A DNA stretch of 64,000 nt from Candidatus Poribacteria bacterium (GTDB lineage Bacteria; Poribacteria; WGA-4E; WGA-3G). The stretch lies in assembly GCA_965209095.1 (NCBI GenBank), contig OZ242381.1, positions 6,141 to 70,140 of the forward strand, given 5' to 3'. The notes beneath the pieces are model-generated. The model made no database searches. It was not told the DNA's origin and was given only the letters and a program-made list of their open reading frames with translations. The position numbers and the translations under genes are program-made. This document shows, piece after piece, positions 17,988-27,530 of the stretch; position 1 is the stretch's first letter; the number at the start of each line of letters is the position of its first letter.

Positions 17988-18608
17988 ATGTGCGTTACGA
18001 CACTTACGGTTAATATGGAAACCTATTCGGAAATTGCACAAGTGGAAGATTTTGATACCGAACAGGAACGCGAACTTATCTTGCGATGCCAAGAGAGAGA
18101 TACCGCTGCGATGGGAACCCTCATTGTGCAGTACCAGCACTGGGTCTACAATATCGCTTACGGTATGCTGGGGCATCGTGAAGATGCTGAGGATGCGGCG
18201 CAGGATGCGTTCTTATCTGTTTGGCAAAATATAGAGAGTTTTAAATTCCGATCACGGTTTTCTACATGGTTGTATCGTATAGTAAAAAACAAATGTTTGA
18301 ATGTGATTGATCAACGCAAACGCAGAAAAACAGATCCGATGGATATTGATGACTCACAGCCGTGGGTGCCGCTTGACAATACGACTCCTGAACAGGAAAC
18401 ACTTCGTAATGAACAGAGTGAGATTCTGCATGCTGCACTTGGTAGGTTGAAAGAGAGTTATCGGACGATTTTAGTGCTGCGAGAATTGCGTGAACTTTCT
18501 TATGAAGAGATAGCTGAAGTGCTAAACTGCACACTCGGTCGCGTCAAATCCCGATTGCACGAAGCACGAAAAGCTTTGAGGGAAGAACTTGAACGAATAG
18601 AGTGGTAA
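17988..18608 (+). CDS. RNA polymerase ECF-type sigma-70 factor
   Basis: 206 aa. Region 2 (YNIAYGMLGHREDAEDAAQDAFLSVW, FSTWLYRIVKN) and region 4 HTH (SYEEIAEVLNCTLGRVKSRLHEARKAL). Confidence 0.85.
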   Translation: MCVTTLTVNMETYSEIAQVEDFDTEQERELILRCQERDTAAMGTLIVQYQHWVYNIAYGMLGHREDAEDAAQDAFLSVWQNIESFKFRSRFSTWLYRIVKNKCLNVIDQRKRRKTDPMDIDDSQPWVPLDNTTPEQETLRNEQSEILHAALGRLKESYRTILVLRELRELSYEEIAEVLNCTLGRVKSRLHEARKALREELERIEW

Positions 18609-18656
18609 GCTTGTTTTGTGAGTTTTACAAACATCAACTAATATTGGTTTAGAAAA

Positions 18657-19169
18657 ATGAGACATCAACGTATCCAAAAACATTTATCAGCATATTTAGA
18701 CAACGAATTAGCACCTGCATTGCGTAAAAAGGTTGAGGATCATCTGCATAGCTGTGAAGATTGTGCTGAGATGTTGGCAGATTTCAAAGAAAATCGTCAG
18801 CAGATTGCTGGACTTGTGCATCCCGCGCCGTCTATGAAGCATGCGGTTTTGGCAAAGATTCGTGAAGTAGAAGCAGCACAACGTAGTACGTTCATCCACA
18901 TCTTTAAACGGTGGGTGTTTCGTCCATTCACTGTGGGGGCAACAGCATTTTCTACGCTCTGTTTCATCTTTGCGTTCATCTACTTTTCATCTTCACCTGC
19001 ACCGCAATATGATGAACTTGTGGATTTCTATTTTGGTGTTCATTCCGAAGAGGTGGCGAATAATCCATTGAAGTCGAATGTTGCGACACCCCTGAGTACC
19101 CCCGCAACGGACACCGAGGATTTTGATGAAGGGGCAGATTCGCTATTGGATATCTTTTTTAGTGATTAA
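18657..19169 (+). CDS. anti-sigma factor (zf-HC2 zinc-finger type, single TM)
   Basis: 170 aa. HLHSCEDCAEMLADF matches the H-x3-C-x2-C motif. One TM helix. Immediately downstream of the ECF sigma gene. Confidence 0.7.
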   Translation: MRHQRIQKHLSAYLDNELAPALRKKVEDHLHSCEDCAEMLADFKENRQQIAGLVHPAPSMKHAVLAKIREVEAAQRSTFIHIFKRWVFRPFTVGATAFSTLCFIFAFIYFSSSPAPQYDELVDFYFGVHSEEVANNPLKSNVATPLSTPATDTEDFDEGADSLLDIFFSD

Positions 19170-19204
19170 GTTTTCATCTAACTGAAAATGATTCGGGTGA
19201 TTCT

Positions 19205-20275
19205 ATGCTAACAAAACCTATTTCTGTGTTCTGCTATTTTACGCTAATCGTTTTTGTGCTATCCTCCAGTTACCTTTTTGCTGATGTTGATACGTTGAAA
19301 CGTATTGCAGAAGCGGAAAGTGATGTGCGTTATGTAGGTTTACGGCTCAAAACCTTGAGCACATCCCGAGGATCACGGACGATGGAGGAGATTGTTATCC
19401 ATCGGACAGCAGAGGATTCTTATCGTAAGGTTGTGTCTATTGTGGGTGCGCCCAAATCAATCACAGAGGGAAACGGAGTAGAGAATAAAGAAGCGGATGG
19501 TGATAAAGATACACGTAGTAGGCGAAGTAGGGAATTTAGGTGGGAACGCCAGCGAAGCCAGTTTTCTGTCAAAGCCATAGAGTTGATCGCACAAAACTAT
19601 GAATTGGATCTCAGACATTGGGGAGAAAAGATCGCAGGTCATGAGACAGATCTCCTGCTCATTAAGCCGAAACATCCCGGTAGACCCACAAAACATATCT
19701 ATTTTTCCCGTAAAAACGGTGTTATCTTACGCGTTGAGGATTTAGATGCTGCAGGTATCCTTCGTGACATGTTCGTTTATACGCGAATTAGTTTTGATCC
19801 GAAGACTTTGGAAACCAAATGGAAGAATCTAAAAGCAGAAATTAAACCGCAACCGTGGCATAACCGTCCTAAAATTACATTTGCTGAAGCAGAAAAAATC
19901 CTCAAGAAAAAACCGATCCAACCGACATACCTACCACCAGGTTTCCAACTGTCAGGTTTATATAAACTTCAAATTAGAGACAACCGTCCCATTCGTTTGA
20001 AATATACAGATGGTTTGTTGGATTTCAGTATTTATGAAACAACAGATGAGGTAAGGTCTGATAACACTAATAGACCCTCTAACCGTGGTGATAGAAATAG
20101 AGAAGTACCTGTGATTAAAATTGGTGAGACATCGGTTCGCAAATATCAACGTGGTCCAGATAACGGGTTCGGTTGGAAAAGCCACGGTGTCAATTTCTTT
20201 ATATCTGGTCCTATACCTCATTCCGAATTACAGAAAGTTGTTGAGTCTATTATCTTGAAGAATGATAAAAAGTAA
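19205..20275 (+). CDS. secreted protein, possible RseB/MucB-like (LolA-fold) third component of the sigma/anti-sigma module
   Basis: 356 aa, signal peptide. N-terminal VRYVGLRLKTL...EEIVIHRT resembles the RseB N-domain pattern (xYxG....h.R). Co-directional with sigma and anti-sigma. Weak call. Confidence 0.35.
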   Translation: MLTKPISVFCYFTLIVFVLSSSYLFADVDTLKRIAEAESDVRYVGLRLKTLSTSRGSRTMEEIVIHRTAEDSYRKVVSIVGAPKSITEGNGVENKEADGDKDTRSRRSREFRWERQRSQFSVKAIELIAQNYELDLRHWGEKIAGHETDLLLIKPKHPGRPTKHIYFSRKNGVILRVEDLDAAGILRDMFVYTRISFDPKTLETKWKNLKAEIKPQPWHNRPKITFAEAEKILKKKPIQPTYLPPGFQLSGLYKLQIRDNRPIRLKYTDGLLDFSIYETTDEVRSDNTNRPSNRGDRNREVPVIKIGETSVRKYQRGPDNGFGWKSHGVNFFISGPIPHSELQKVVESIILKNDKK

Positions 20276-20335
20276 GTTATTGATAAGTCATATATTGTAG
20301 AGACAGGTCTCTGTACCTGTCTATTTTATTTGTGA

Positions 20336-20372
20336 GTTTGGGCAGGCGAGGCACGGAGACCTCGCACTACAA
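20336..20372. repeat. half-copy of the family A GC-rich hairpin arm (ggcaggcgaggcacggagacctcgcactacaa)
   Basis: Matches the right arm ggggcacggagaccccgcactacaa of the hairpins at 24316, 34960 and 59098. Confidence 0.5.
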
Positions 20373-20406
20373 ACGGTATAAGGAGAAAAAATGAATTATT
20401 TTTTTT

Positions 20407-21198
20407 TTGATGCTGACTATTATTTTCACTGGTTTATTCTTGTCTGTTAATGCTGATGCGGATAGCATCAAGGATGAACTTGAGAATTCACCTCGGCACG
20501 GGGAGTGGGTTAAGATTACTTCCGCCGATGACCGCGAAGTCAACGCGTTCATCGTTTTTCCAGAGGTGAAAGAACCGGCTACGTCTATTATCGTTATTCA
20601 CGAGATTTTTGGTTTGACCGATTGGATTCGGTTTGTGGCGGATAGACTTGCTGCGGACGGTTTTGTTGCGATTTGCCCGGACCTGCTCTCTGGTATGGGA
20701 CCGGATGGCGGCGGCACTGAGAGTTTTGAATCCGGTGATGAGGTCCGGAAGACTATCCGTAATCTTACACCAAAACGGGTGAATGCTGATCTTGATTCAG
20801 TGAGCAAATATCTGCGGGATCTGCCTTCTACTAACGACAAGGTTGCTGTCTCTGGTTTCTGTTGGGGTGGTGGAAAGACTTTCAGTTATGCGGTGCAATC
20901 TGATGAGATTGCTGGTGCATTCGTGTTTTATGGCTCTGCTCCTGCGGTTGAGGACATTCCGAAGATTTCTGTGCCTGTCTACGGGTTCTATGGTGAGAAC
21001 GATAATCGTATAAATGCCACGATTGAACGGACGAAAGCGGCTGCAGATGCTGCAGAAGTTAAGTATGAACCTGTGATCTATGAGGATGTTGGTCACGGGT
21101 TTTTGCGGCGCGGTATGACAGCGGATGCGAATGATTCGCAGAAGGCTGCTGTGAAATCTGCATGGAAACGTTGGATTAAGATTTTGGGGGAGTTGTAA
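20407..21198 (+). CDS. dienelactone hydrolase family protein (alpha/beta hydrolase)
   Basis: 263 aa. HEIFGLTDWIRFVADRLAADGFVAICPDL, nucleophile elbow GFCWGG, and a distal His (DVGHGF). Confidence 0.8.
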   Translation: MMLTIIFTGLFLSVNADADSIKDELENSPRHGEWVKITSADDREVNAFIVFPEVKEPATSIIVIHEIFGLTDWIRFVADRLAADGFVAICPDLLSGMGPDGGGTESFESGDEVRKTIRNLTPKRVNADLDSVSKYLRDLPSTNDKVAVSGFCWGGGKTFSYAVQSDEIAGAFVFYGSAPAVEDIPKISVPVYGFYGENDNRINATIERTKAAADAAEVKYEPVIYEDVGHGFLRRGMTADANDSQKAAVKSAWKRWIKILGEL

Positions 21199-21205
21199 TG
21201 AATAT

Positions 21206-21364
21206 TGTCTGAACCAGGATTTTCAAGATTAGTAGATGGACAGGATTTTCCTTATTAGAGTTCTCTCTAAGTATACAGAAATGTATATCACAACAAAAGC
21301 TCAACTTTTCAAAACAACCTTGATACGATAAATCCTGTTCATCTACTAATCCTGGTTCAGACAA
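21206..21364. repeat. ~160-bp element bounded by ~34-bp inverted repeats (tgtctgaaccaggatt..tagtagatggacaggatttt / aaatcctgttcatctactaatcctggttcagaca)
   Basis: Near-perfect inverted repeats read directly, spaced ~90 bp, just downstream of the DLH gene. MITE-like or a long terminator hairpin. Confidence 0.65.
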
Positions 21365-21668
21365 TCGGGGTTGGAAACCCTCTTACAGGGTTATTTAGTT
21401 TTAAAAACACTCAGTTATCAAGTTAACTGCGAGTAAAGGTTATGAAGCATAATATTTTATTTTATCAGCTATACTTGTAACGCCAGCAAATCTCAATACT
21501 GCTAATGCGGCATTTCGCAAAGCAGCCATAACCTGCGGAATAACACCACATCGGACAGACGATGTGTCTTCTCCAAGCTGCGTATCGCGTACCCAATGCG
21601 ATTTTTCTATATTGACCAATGCCCACGGCGTAGTTCAAGTAAGTGTTCAGCAGAGGCTTCTTCAAGTG

Positions 21669-21950
21669 TCAGACTTGTCCTACCATAGCATCCGCATCTA
21701 ATATTTTTAGAACATTATGTATCGTTGCGGAACAAGGTGATTTCTCGTGTGTAAAACCGAGTGCTTGGACGAGATCTGGTTGAGATCGTGCCCACTTTGC
21801 GGTGGATGTATATCCTTTATGTCCAGTCATAAAACCAATAATGTTAAGGCCAAGGATTGAATTCAACGGATGTCGTTTTCCTTTTTCGTTGCGCGGGTCT
21901 TCGATTTCTGCTAATCTATCTAACAAGTGGCGAGAGTTATTCTCTGTCAT
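21669..21950 (-). pseudogene. ISAs1-family transposase N-terminal fragment (truncated)
   Basis: 93-aa ORF with LAEIEDPRNEKGKRHPLNSILGLNIIGFMTGHKGYTS.KW, matching the ISAs1 N-terminal DPR..G..H.L.DIL block. There is no DDE domain downstream. A hairpin cagaaatagcgtgatttttcacgctatttctg lies at 21990-22022. Confidence 0.5.
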
Positions 21951-22239
21951 TTTTCACCTCAAAGGGTTAAGATTTTTAAGGTGAAGTATAGCAGAAATAG
22001 CGTGATTTTTCACGCTATTTCTGCGTATCTAAAATTATTAACGTTTGTGATAAAAAACGACTAAAATACCGAAAACTAAATAACCCTGCCTTCATATAGT
22101 TTCTCTTTTTCTTAACAATGCAAATATGGTATAATTGAGATATGCAATTAAAATGACAATGTTTACCAACAATTGACTGGTAATAAACATATTTGACGAT
22201 AGCAATTAAAAGACAGATAGCATTATATCAAGAAGATCA

Positions 22240-23043
22240 ATGAATCCTTTCAAATATCTAAAACTTCAAGCAGAAAAACGATTCTACAGAGCTTATCAAA
22301 AACAGTTAGAGTCAGAAGCTGGAACGTGGAATATACCGCGCCATATCGGTGTCATTCTTGATGGAAACCGACGGTATGCTAAAGCCAGTGGATTAGATAA
22401 TGTGATTAAGGGACACTATGAAGGGGCAGATAAACTTGAAGAAGTGCTCCATTGGTGTGATGAACTGGGAGTAGAAATATTTTCTATTTGGATCTTTTCC
22501 CTTGATAACTTCAAACGGGCTGATGATGAAGTTGAGGGGATATTAGGTTTAATCGAGAGAAAAATGCGTGAGTTGGTTACTATCAAAGGGCTTCACACAA
22601 ATCAGATTAAGGTGCGTGCAATGGGGCAGATTGAACGACTACCACAGAGTCTTCAAGAGGCAATTCGTCAAGCAGAGGAAGCGACAAAAGATTATGACAA
22701 ATTTATTTTGAATGTCGCTGTAGCTTATGGTGGACGTGAGGAGATAATAGAAGCCGTTAGAGGACACTTAAAAGCGGAAATAAAAAAAGGGAAAGATGCC
22801 CTTCAAATAGCGGACGAACTGAGTGTAGATACAATCGCGCCATATCTTTACACTTCAAATCTACCAGACCCTGAATTGATAATACGCACAAGTGGAGAAG
22901 TGCGGTTGTCTGGTTTTCTGTTGTGGCAGAGCGTCTATTCTGAATTTTATTTCTGCGATACCTATTGGCCTTCATTTAGGAAGATTGACTTTCTACGTGC
23001 TATACGAGACTATAGCCATAGAAAAAGACGTTTCGGAAAATAA
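22240..23043 (+). CDS. uppS: isoprenyl transferase (undecaprenyl diphosphate synthase, cis-prenyltransferase)
   Basis: 267 aa. HIGVILDGNRRYAK (D-G-N-R-R), FSIWIFSLDNFKR, and C-terminal R-x-S-G-E (RTSGEVRLSGFLLWQS). Confidence 0.85.
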   Translation: MNPFKYLKLQAEKRFYRAYQKQLESEAGTWNIPRHIGVILDGNRRYAKASGLDNVIKGHYEGADKLEEVLHWCDELGVEIFSIWIFSLDNFKRADDEVEGILGLIERKMRELVTIKGLHTNQIKVRAMGQIERLPQSLQEAIRQAEEATKDYDKFILNVAVAYGGREEIIEAVRGHLKAEIKKGKDALQIADELSVDTIAPYLYTSNLPDPELIIRTSGEVRLSGFLLWQSVYSEFYFCDTYWPSFRKIDFLRAIRDYSHRKRRFGK

Positions 23044-23171
23044 TACCATTTCTATTAATTTTCTCTCATTACCGGCTGTTAGAAATGAAACGGAGAACGG
23101 CACCAACTAACAGTTTAGCTACAATAAAGAGACATTATCAATAAGAAATGGTATAAAGAAAGGAGAGAGAT

Positions 23172-24281
23172 ATGGATAGATGGATAATTGTCATTACTGC
23201 AGCTGCTATGCTGCTTTTCCTGGCAACAACAATTAATGCACAGACACCTGAACAGATTGCTGAAATGACTAAAGCATCTACAGTGTTATTGGAAATGAGA
23301 GATGCCTTGGGGCGTTCAACACAAGGGAGTGGTTTTTTCATTGGTCAAAATCTTGTTGCTACAAACTATCATGTGATTAATGGCGCACATACAGGAAAAG
23401 TAAAATTAGTCGATCAAGAGAATCGTTTTGATATTGAAGGTGCCACTGCAATTGACAAAGATCACGACCTTGCAATAATAAGTGTTGACACATTAAATGC
23501 ACCGCCTCTCCCGCTTGGAGACAGCGATACTGTTCAGCAGGGACAAACGATATATGCAGTTGGCAATCCACGTGGATTAGAAGGAACATTCTCATCAGGT
23601 GAGATTAGCAGCATTAGAGAAAAAGGAACAGCTCGAATCAAAGATAAAGTGTTCCAGTTTACCGCAGCTATTTCTCGTGGGAGTAGTGGTGGTGCAGTTG
23701 TCAATAGATGGGGTGAAGTCATCGGTATAGTTACTGAAACAATAGACGACGGTCAAAACCTGAATTTTGCTATTCCTGTAAATACATTGAAGACGCTTCT
23801 TGCGCGAGGCGGACCAGTTAGAGACTTTCCAAATGATAAGTCTATTCCAGGACATAATCAAGGTTTGCCATTGCCACTCATCTTTCTCATGATAGGTATA
23901 CCCACATTTATTGTTATCTGGTTTCTACCTATGGTCAAGATTGAACATTGGTCAATTGCAGTCGGCATCGCATTCGGTTTTGGTCTAATGAAGATGATAC
24001 TCTCTGGAATAGTCAGATCGAAATCATTTCCACTTGGAGTTAAGTCCATTTTATCATCTCCACCACCCAATGATATTGGGCATGCTTTGGGATGTACAGA
24101 ATGTATATTAGAATTATTGCCTTATTTAGTAAGATTTCCTGCATATTTAGTATTCATCGCAGTTCTAATGGGTATTGCAAATGTTGCGATAAAAAAATTT
24201 GAATTGAATGGTTTTTTCAGCACATTCTTTGTAGCATTTTTGATTATTATAGGTGAATATGCTTTACGTCTAATAATATAA
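23172..24281 (+). CDS. trypsin-like S1 family serine protease with C-terminal polytopic membrane domain (no PDZ)
   Basis: 369 aa. Catalytic triad context TNYHVI, DHDLAII, SRGSSGG. The last ~140 aa form about 4 TM helices. Confidence 0.7.
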   Translation: MDRWIIVITAAAMLLFLATTINAQTPEQIAEMTKASTVLLEMRDALGRSTQGSGFFIGQNLVATNYHVINGAHTGKVKLVDQENRFDIEGATAIDKDHDLAIISVDTLNAPPLPLGDSDTVQQGQTIYAVGNPRGLEGTFSSGEISSIREKGTARIKDKVFQFTAAISRGSSGGAVVNRWGEVIGIVTETIDDGQNLNFAIPVNTLKTLLARGGPVRDFPNDKSIPGHNQGLPLPLIFLMIGIPTFIVIWFLPMVKIEHWSIAVGIAFGFGLMKMILSGIVRSKSFPLGVKSILSSPPPNDIGHALGCTECILELLPYLVRFPAYLVFIAVLMGIANVAIKKFELNGFFSTFFVAFLIIIGEYALRLII

Positions 24282-24315
24282 GGGTTTGAAGTATTGCACA
24301 AACGTCATTGACTCT

Positions 24316-24397
24316 TATTGTAGTGCGGGGTCTCTGTGCCCCGACGTAGTTGATGATTTGAGAGATGGTGGGGCACGGAGACCCCACACTACAATGG
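24316..24397. repeat. family A GC-rich hairpin module without the flanking TIRs
   Basis: attgtagtgcggggtctctgtgccccg ... ggggcacggagaccccacactacaatgg is a perfect ~27-bp stem. Confidence 0.75.
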
Positions 24398-24416
24398 TTC
24401 ATTATGTAAGGAGTTC

Positions 24417-25187
24417 TTGATGCGTTTTGGAATTTGCACAGGTTTAGATAATGTGAATCGACTTGCAGAAGTTGGGTATGACTATATTGAATTGGGAGTG
24501 CGAAATGCGTTGATGCCCGAAGCAGATGAATCAGAATTTAAGAAGATAAAAGAACGCGTTGCAAAAGCACCCATAAAACCTGAAGCTTATGCTGGTTTTA
24601 TACCGAGAGATCTGCGGGTAGTTGGTGATTCGGTGGATTTTCAACGACTATCTCGGTATGTAGAAAATGCCTGTCGCAGAGCAAAACAAATTGGGGGTGA
24701 AGTAATCGTATACGGCAGCAGTGGTTCTCGAAATGTTGAGCAAGGATATTCTGAAGAACGTGCCTTAACACAGATTGCAGAATTCCTTGATATGTCAGCA
24801 GATCATGCAGAAGCACACGGCATGATTATTGCTATTGAACCGATATGTATGAAAGAAGGAAACATTATCCGCACGGTCGCAGATGGACTTGCAATGGCGA
24901 AACGGGTCAATAGGAATGGTATAAAGGTATTGGCTGATCTTTACCACTTATGGCAAGAAGACGAACATGTGCAAAACATCGTCAATGCTGCATCATATTT
25001 AGCACATGTTCATATCGCTGAACCTATCAAACGATCATATCCCGGAAACGATGACTTTGATTTTACAGAGTTCTTTACTGCCCTAAAAGATGCTGTATAC
25101 AACGGTCGTGTCTCATGCGAATGCAAATTTGACGAATTTGAGACTAACATTGAAACTACTTTGAAAACAATGAAAGGTTATATCTGA
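24417..25187 (+). CDS. sugar phosphate isomerase/epimerase (xylose isomerase-like TIM barrel)
   Basis: 256 aa. Pattern GYDYIELGV, IAIEPI, HVHIAE is typical of the AP-endonuclease 2/xylose-isomerase-like fold. Confidence 0.65.
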   Translation: MMRFGICTGLDNVNRLAEVGYDYIELGVRNALMPEADESEFKKIKERVAKAPIKPEAYAGFIPRDLRVVGDSVDFQRLSRYVENACRRAKQIGGEVIVYGSSGSRNVEQGYSEERALTQIAEFLDMSADHAEAHGMIIAIEPICMKEGNIIRTVADGLAMAKRVNRNGIKVLADLYHLWQEDEHVQNIVNAASYLAHVHIAEPIKRSYPGNDDFDFTEFFTALKDAVYNGRVSCECKFDEFETNIETTLKTMKGYI

Positions 25188-25202
25188 TAATTCCATTGGG
25201 AG

Positions 25203-26162
25203 GTGGCGTTTATTCTCAAAAGTGAACAAGGCAGAATAATCCGAGCACGAGCAGGATTTTATGATGTTGAACACGGTGAACTTGTACTGCGATGCACATT
25301 GCGTGGAACATTAAAGAAGCAACGACGTTCCGAAACCGGCCGAAGACTATATGCGGATCCAGTTGCTGTGGGTGATCGCGTTATTTTCTCTCAACTTGAT
25401 CACGAAGAAGGCGTTGTAGAGGAAATTCTTCCGCGACAGACTAAGTTTTCACGCCGATACGCTGGAAAACAAGATGAAATAGAACAAATTATCGTTGCAA
25501 ATGCAGACCAAGTTGTTGCAGTTGTTTCAACTCACATGCCTCCTCTGAACTTTCGCACATTAGATCGTTTTCTTATTTTAGCCGAAGCAGGAGAAATGAT
25601 TGCCATAATCTGTCTAAATAAGATGGATTTGCTCGAAAAAAGTGAACACGACGAAATTACTACAACGTTTGAAATATATGAAAAACTCGGATATCAAGTC
25701 TTTTATACCAGTATCAAAAAACCAGAAAGTTTTGAATCCTTGAAGCATACTCTAAAAGATAAATTTAGTGTAATAGTGGGTGCGTCAGGTGTAGGAAAAT
25801 CAAGCATTCTCAATGCCATTCAACCCAATCTTGAATTACGTACTGGTGAGGTAGGTCAGAAAACACGCAAAGGAAGACATACAACGACATTGGTAGAGTT
25901 ATTCCCACTTGATGACATTGGAGGGGAAGTAGCAGACACGCCAGGAATACGTGAAGTCGGTTTATGGGGTGTGGATACTGATAACCTTGAACTCTATTTT
26001 CCTGAAATGGAAACTTATCTTGGAGAATGTAAATACAACGACTGTGCACATGTAAAGGAGTCCGATTGTGCTATACAGAATGCAGTTGAATCAGGGGATA
26101 TCCATCCTGAACGTTATCGCAGTTATGTCGTCCTAAAAACAGAAGAATCTACAGCATATTAA
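25203..26162 (+). CDS. rsgA: ribosome small-subunit-dependent GTPase A
   Basis: 319 aa. N-terminal OB fold, circularly permuted GTPase motifs (NKMDL, VIVGASGVGKSSILN, DTPG), and a C-terminal zinc finger CKYNDCAHVKESDCA. Confidence 0.85.
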   Translation: MAFILKSEQGRIIRARAGFYDVEHGELVLRCTLRGTLKKQRRSETGRRLYADPVAVGDRVIFSQLDHEEGVVEEILPRQTKFSRRYAGKQDEIEQIIVANADQVVAVVSTHMPPLNFRTLDRFLILAEAGEMIAIICLNKMDLLEKSEHDEITTTFEIYEKLGYQVFYTSIKKPESFESLKHTLKDKFSVIVGASGVGKSSILNAIQPNLELRTGEVGQKTRKGRHTTTLVELFPLDDIGGEVADTPGIREVGLWGVDTDNLELYFPEMETYLGECKYNDCAHVKESDCAIQNAVESGDIHPERYRSYVVLKTEESTAY

Positions 26163-26171
26163 GGAGAACAA

Positions 26172-27104
26172 ATGAGAAGTCAAATTTGCTTTATCAGCAT
26201 GATAATTGGTTGTTTACTCACGTTTTATATTATTGGTTGTGGTTCGGACGATGAGGATACCGAACCAACTAACAATCCTCCAACAGTTGACAGTTTTATA
26301 GTTCCAGAAGAATTCTCTCCTGGAGATGTCCTTGAATTTAAGGTTATTGCTCATGACAAGGATGGGGATACTCTAAGTTATACTTGGGAAGTAGATGGTA
26401 AACTATTGGAATCTACAGGAACAAATGCAAAATGGACAGCGACAGATGGTGTTGAATCAGTTAAAGTCACGGTCCATATCAGTGATGGCGTAGGGCAAAC
26501 TATTAAACGAGTTAAGATAATTACAAATAAACAATTTACTGAGCCTGAACCAGTTGTTCCACCTGACCCAGAAAATGATATAGTACCTGATCCTCCCTTA
26601 GACCTTATTGTACCAGGTATAGGTGCGTATGGTGTGAAATTAGGTATACCGTTTAAGCGAGTTGAAGCACTTCACGGAGAACCGGACAGTCCAATAGGTG
26701 CTGATAGGGTCTTTACATATTGGGATCCTGATAAAGGATTTGCTGGACATGTAGATGGTATTGGACTTGTAGAAGATATATTTCTTTCACATCCAAATAG
26801 AGCTAAGACAGCAGAGGGCAATGGAATTGGAAGTACCCTTGATAATGTTGAAAGAGAATTTGGAAATGCAGAAGAAATTGACGAAGATGAATTCGGTGGT
26901 ATTAGACATTGGTTCTTGAAACGTGGAATTGAATTTACTGTAAATGAGGATGAGAGAGTCCTGTTTATATTCGTCTATAAACCGATTGCTGGAGCACCTG
27001 ATGGCGTTGGTATTCAAGATCAACAGAATGCCGATGCACAGAAAAACGCAGCAATGGAACTTCAACGTCGCAGAACACAGCAAGCATCCCAATCAGGAAA
27101 TTGA
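26172..27104 (+). CDS. lipoprotein with Ig/PKD-like domain, function unknown
   Basis: 310 aa. Lipobox LLTFYIIGC. PKD-like segment (DKDGDTLSYTWEVDG). Confidence 0.5.
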   Translation: MRSQICFISMIIGCLLTFYIIGCGSDDEDTEPTNNPPTVDSFIVPEEFSPGDVLEFKVIAHDKDGDTLSYTWEVDGKLLESTGTNAKWTATDGVESVKVTVHISDGVGQTIKRVKIITNKQFTEPEPVVPPDPENDIVPDPPLDLIVPGIGAYGVKLGIPFKRVEALHGEPDSPIGADRVFTYWDPDKGFAGHVDGIGLVEDIFLSHPNRAKTAEGNGIGSTLDNVEREFGNAEEIDEDEFGGIRHWFLKRGIEFTVNEDERVLFIFVYKPIAGAPDGVGIQDQQNADAQKNAAMELQRRRTQQASQSGN

Positions 27105-27133
27105 TTGAACGTGATAACATGATCTACAACAGT

Positions 27134-27391
27134 TTAATTTGTTAATTCATTTAATTCATGTTTAAAGTCATCAAGGGTTTCTGAAACGATTGCAGCACGG
27201 TATATACTTTCAAGAATCTCCAGATCGTCTATTGCATCCAGTGTTGACTTCAATGTTTGGGTTGAATCAATTTCTAATCGAAGTGAAAGTGCTTCAAGAA
27301 TGAGTTTTCGTGTTGTTTCTTGAGTACCTTGTTGTATACCCAGTTCGCGTGCTTGTGGTGCGACATATTCCACAATTTGAGGCTGTAACAT
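27134..27391 (-). CDS. small DUF4351-like protein (resembles the C-terminal domain of Rpn/PD-(D/E)XK 'putative transposase' proteins)
   Basis: 85 aa. ...ARELGIQQGTQETTRKLILEALSLRLEIDSTQTLKSTLDAIDDLEILESI... parallels the C-terminus of the Rpn-like pseudogene at 45961-46545. A degraded second copy lies at 29790-30055. Confidence 0.45.
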   Translation of the reverse strand: MLQPQIVEYVAPQARELGIQQGTQETTRKLILEALSLRLEIDSTQTLKSTLDAIDDLEILESIYRAAIVSETLDDFKHELNELTN

Positions 27392-27530
27392 GGTTTCCTC
27401 CTACCACATCATCAATATTTGGATCGTGTTGCATGAGCGGAGTAAAAGGTATTAGTTCTATAGGTTTCAAATCTTTAGATATATTCTATGGAGGTAGATA
27501 TGATTACTACCTCCACAGAAAAAGGTTAGT

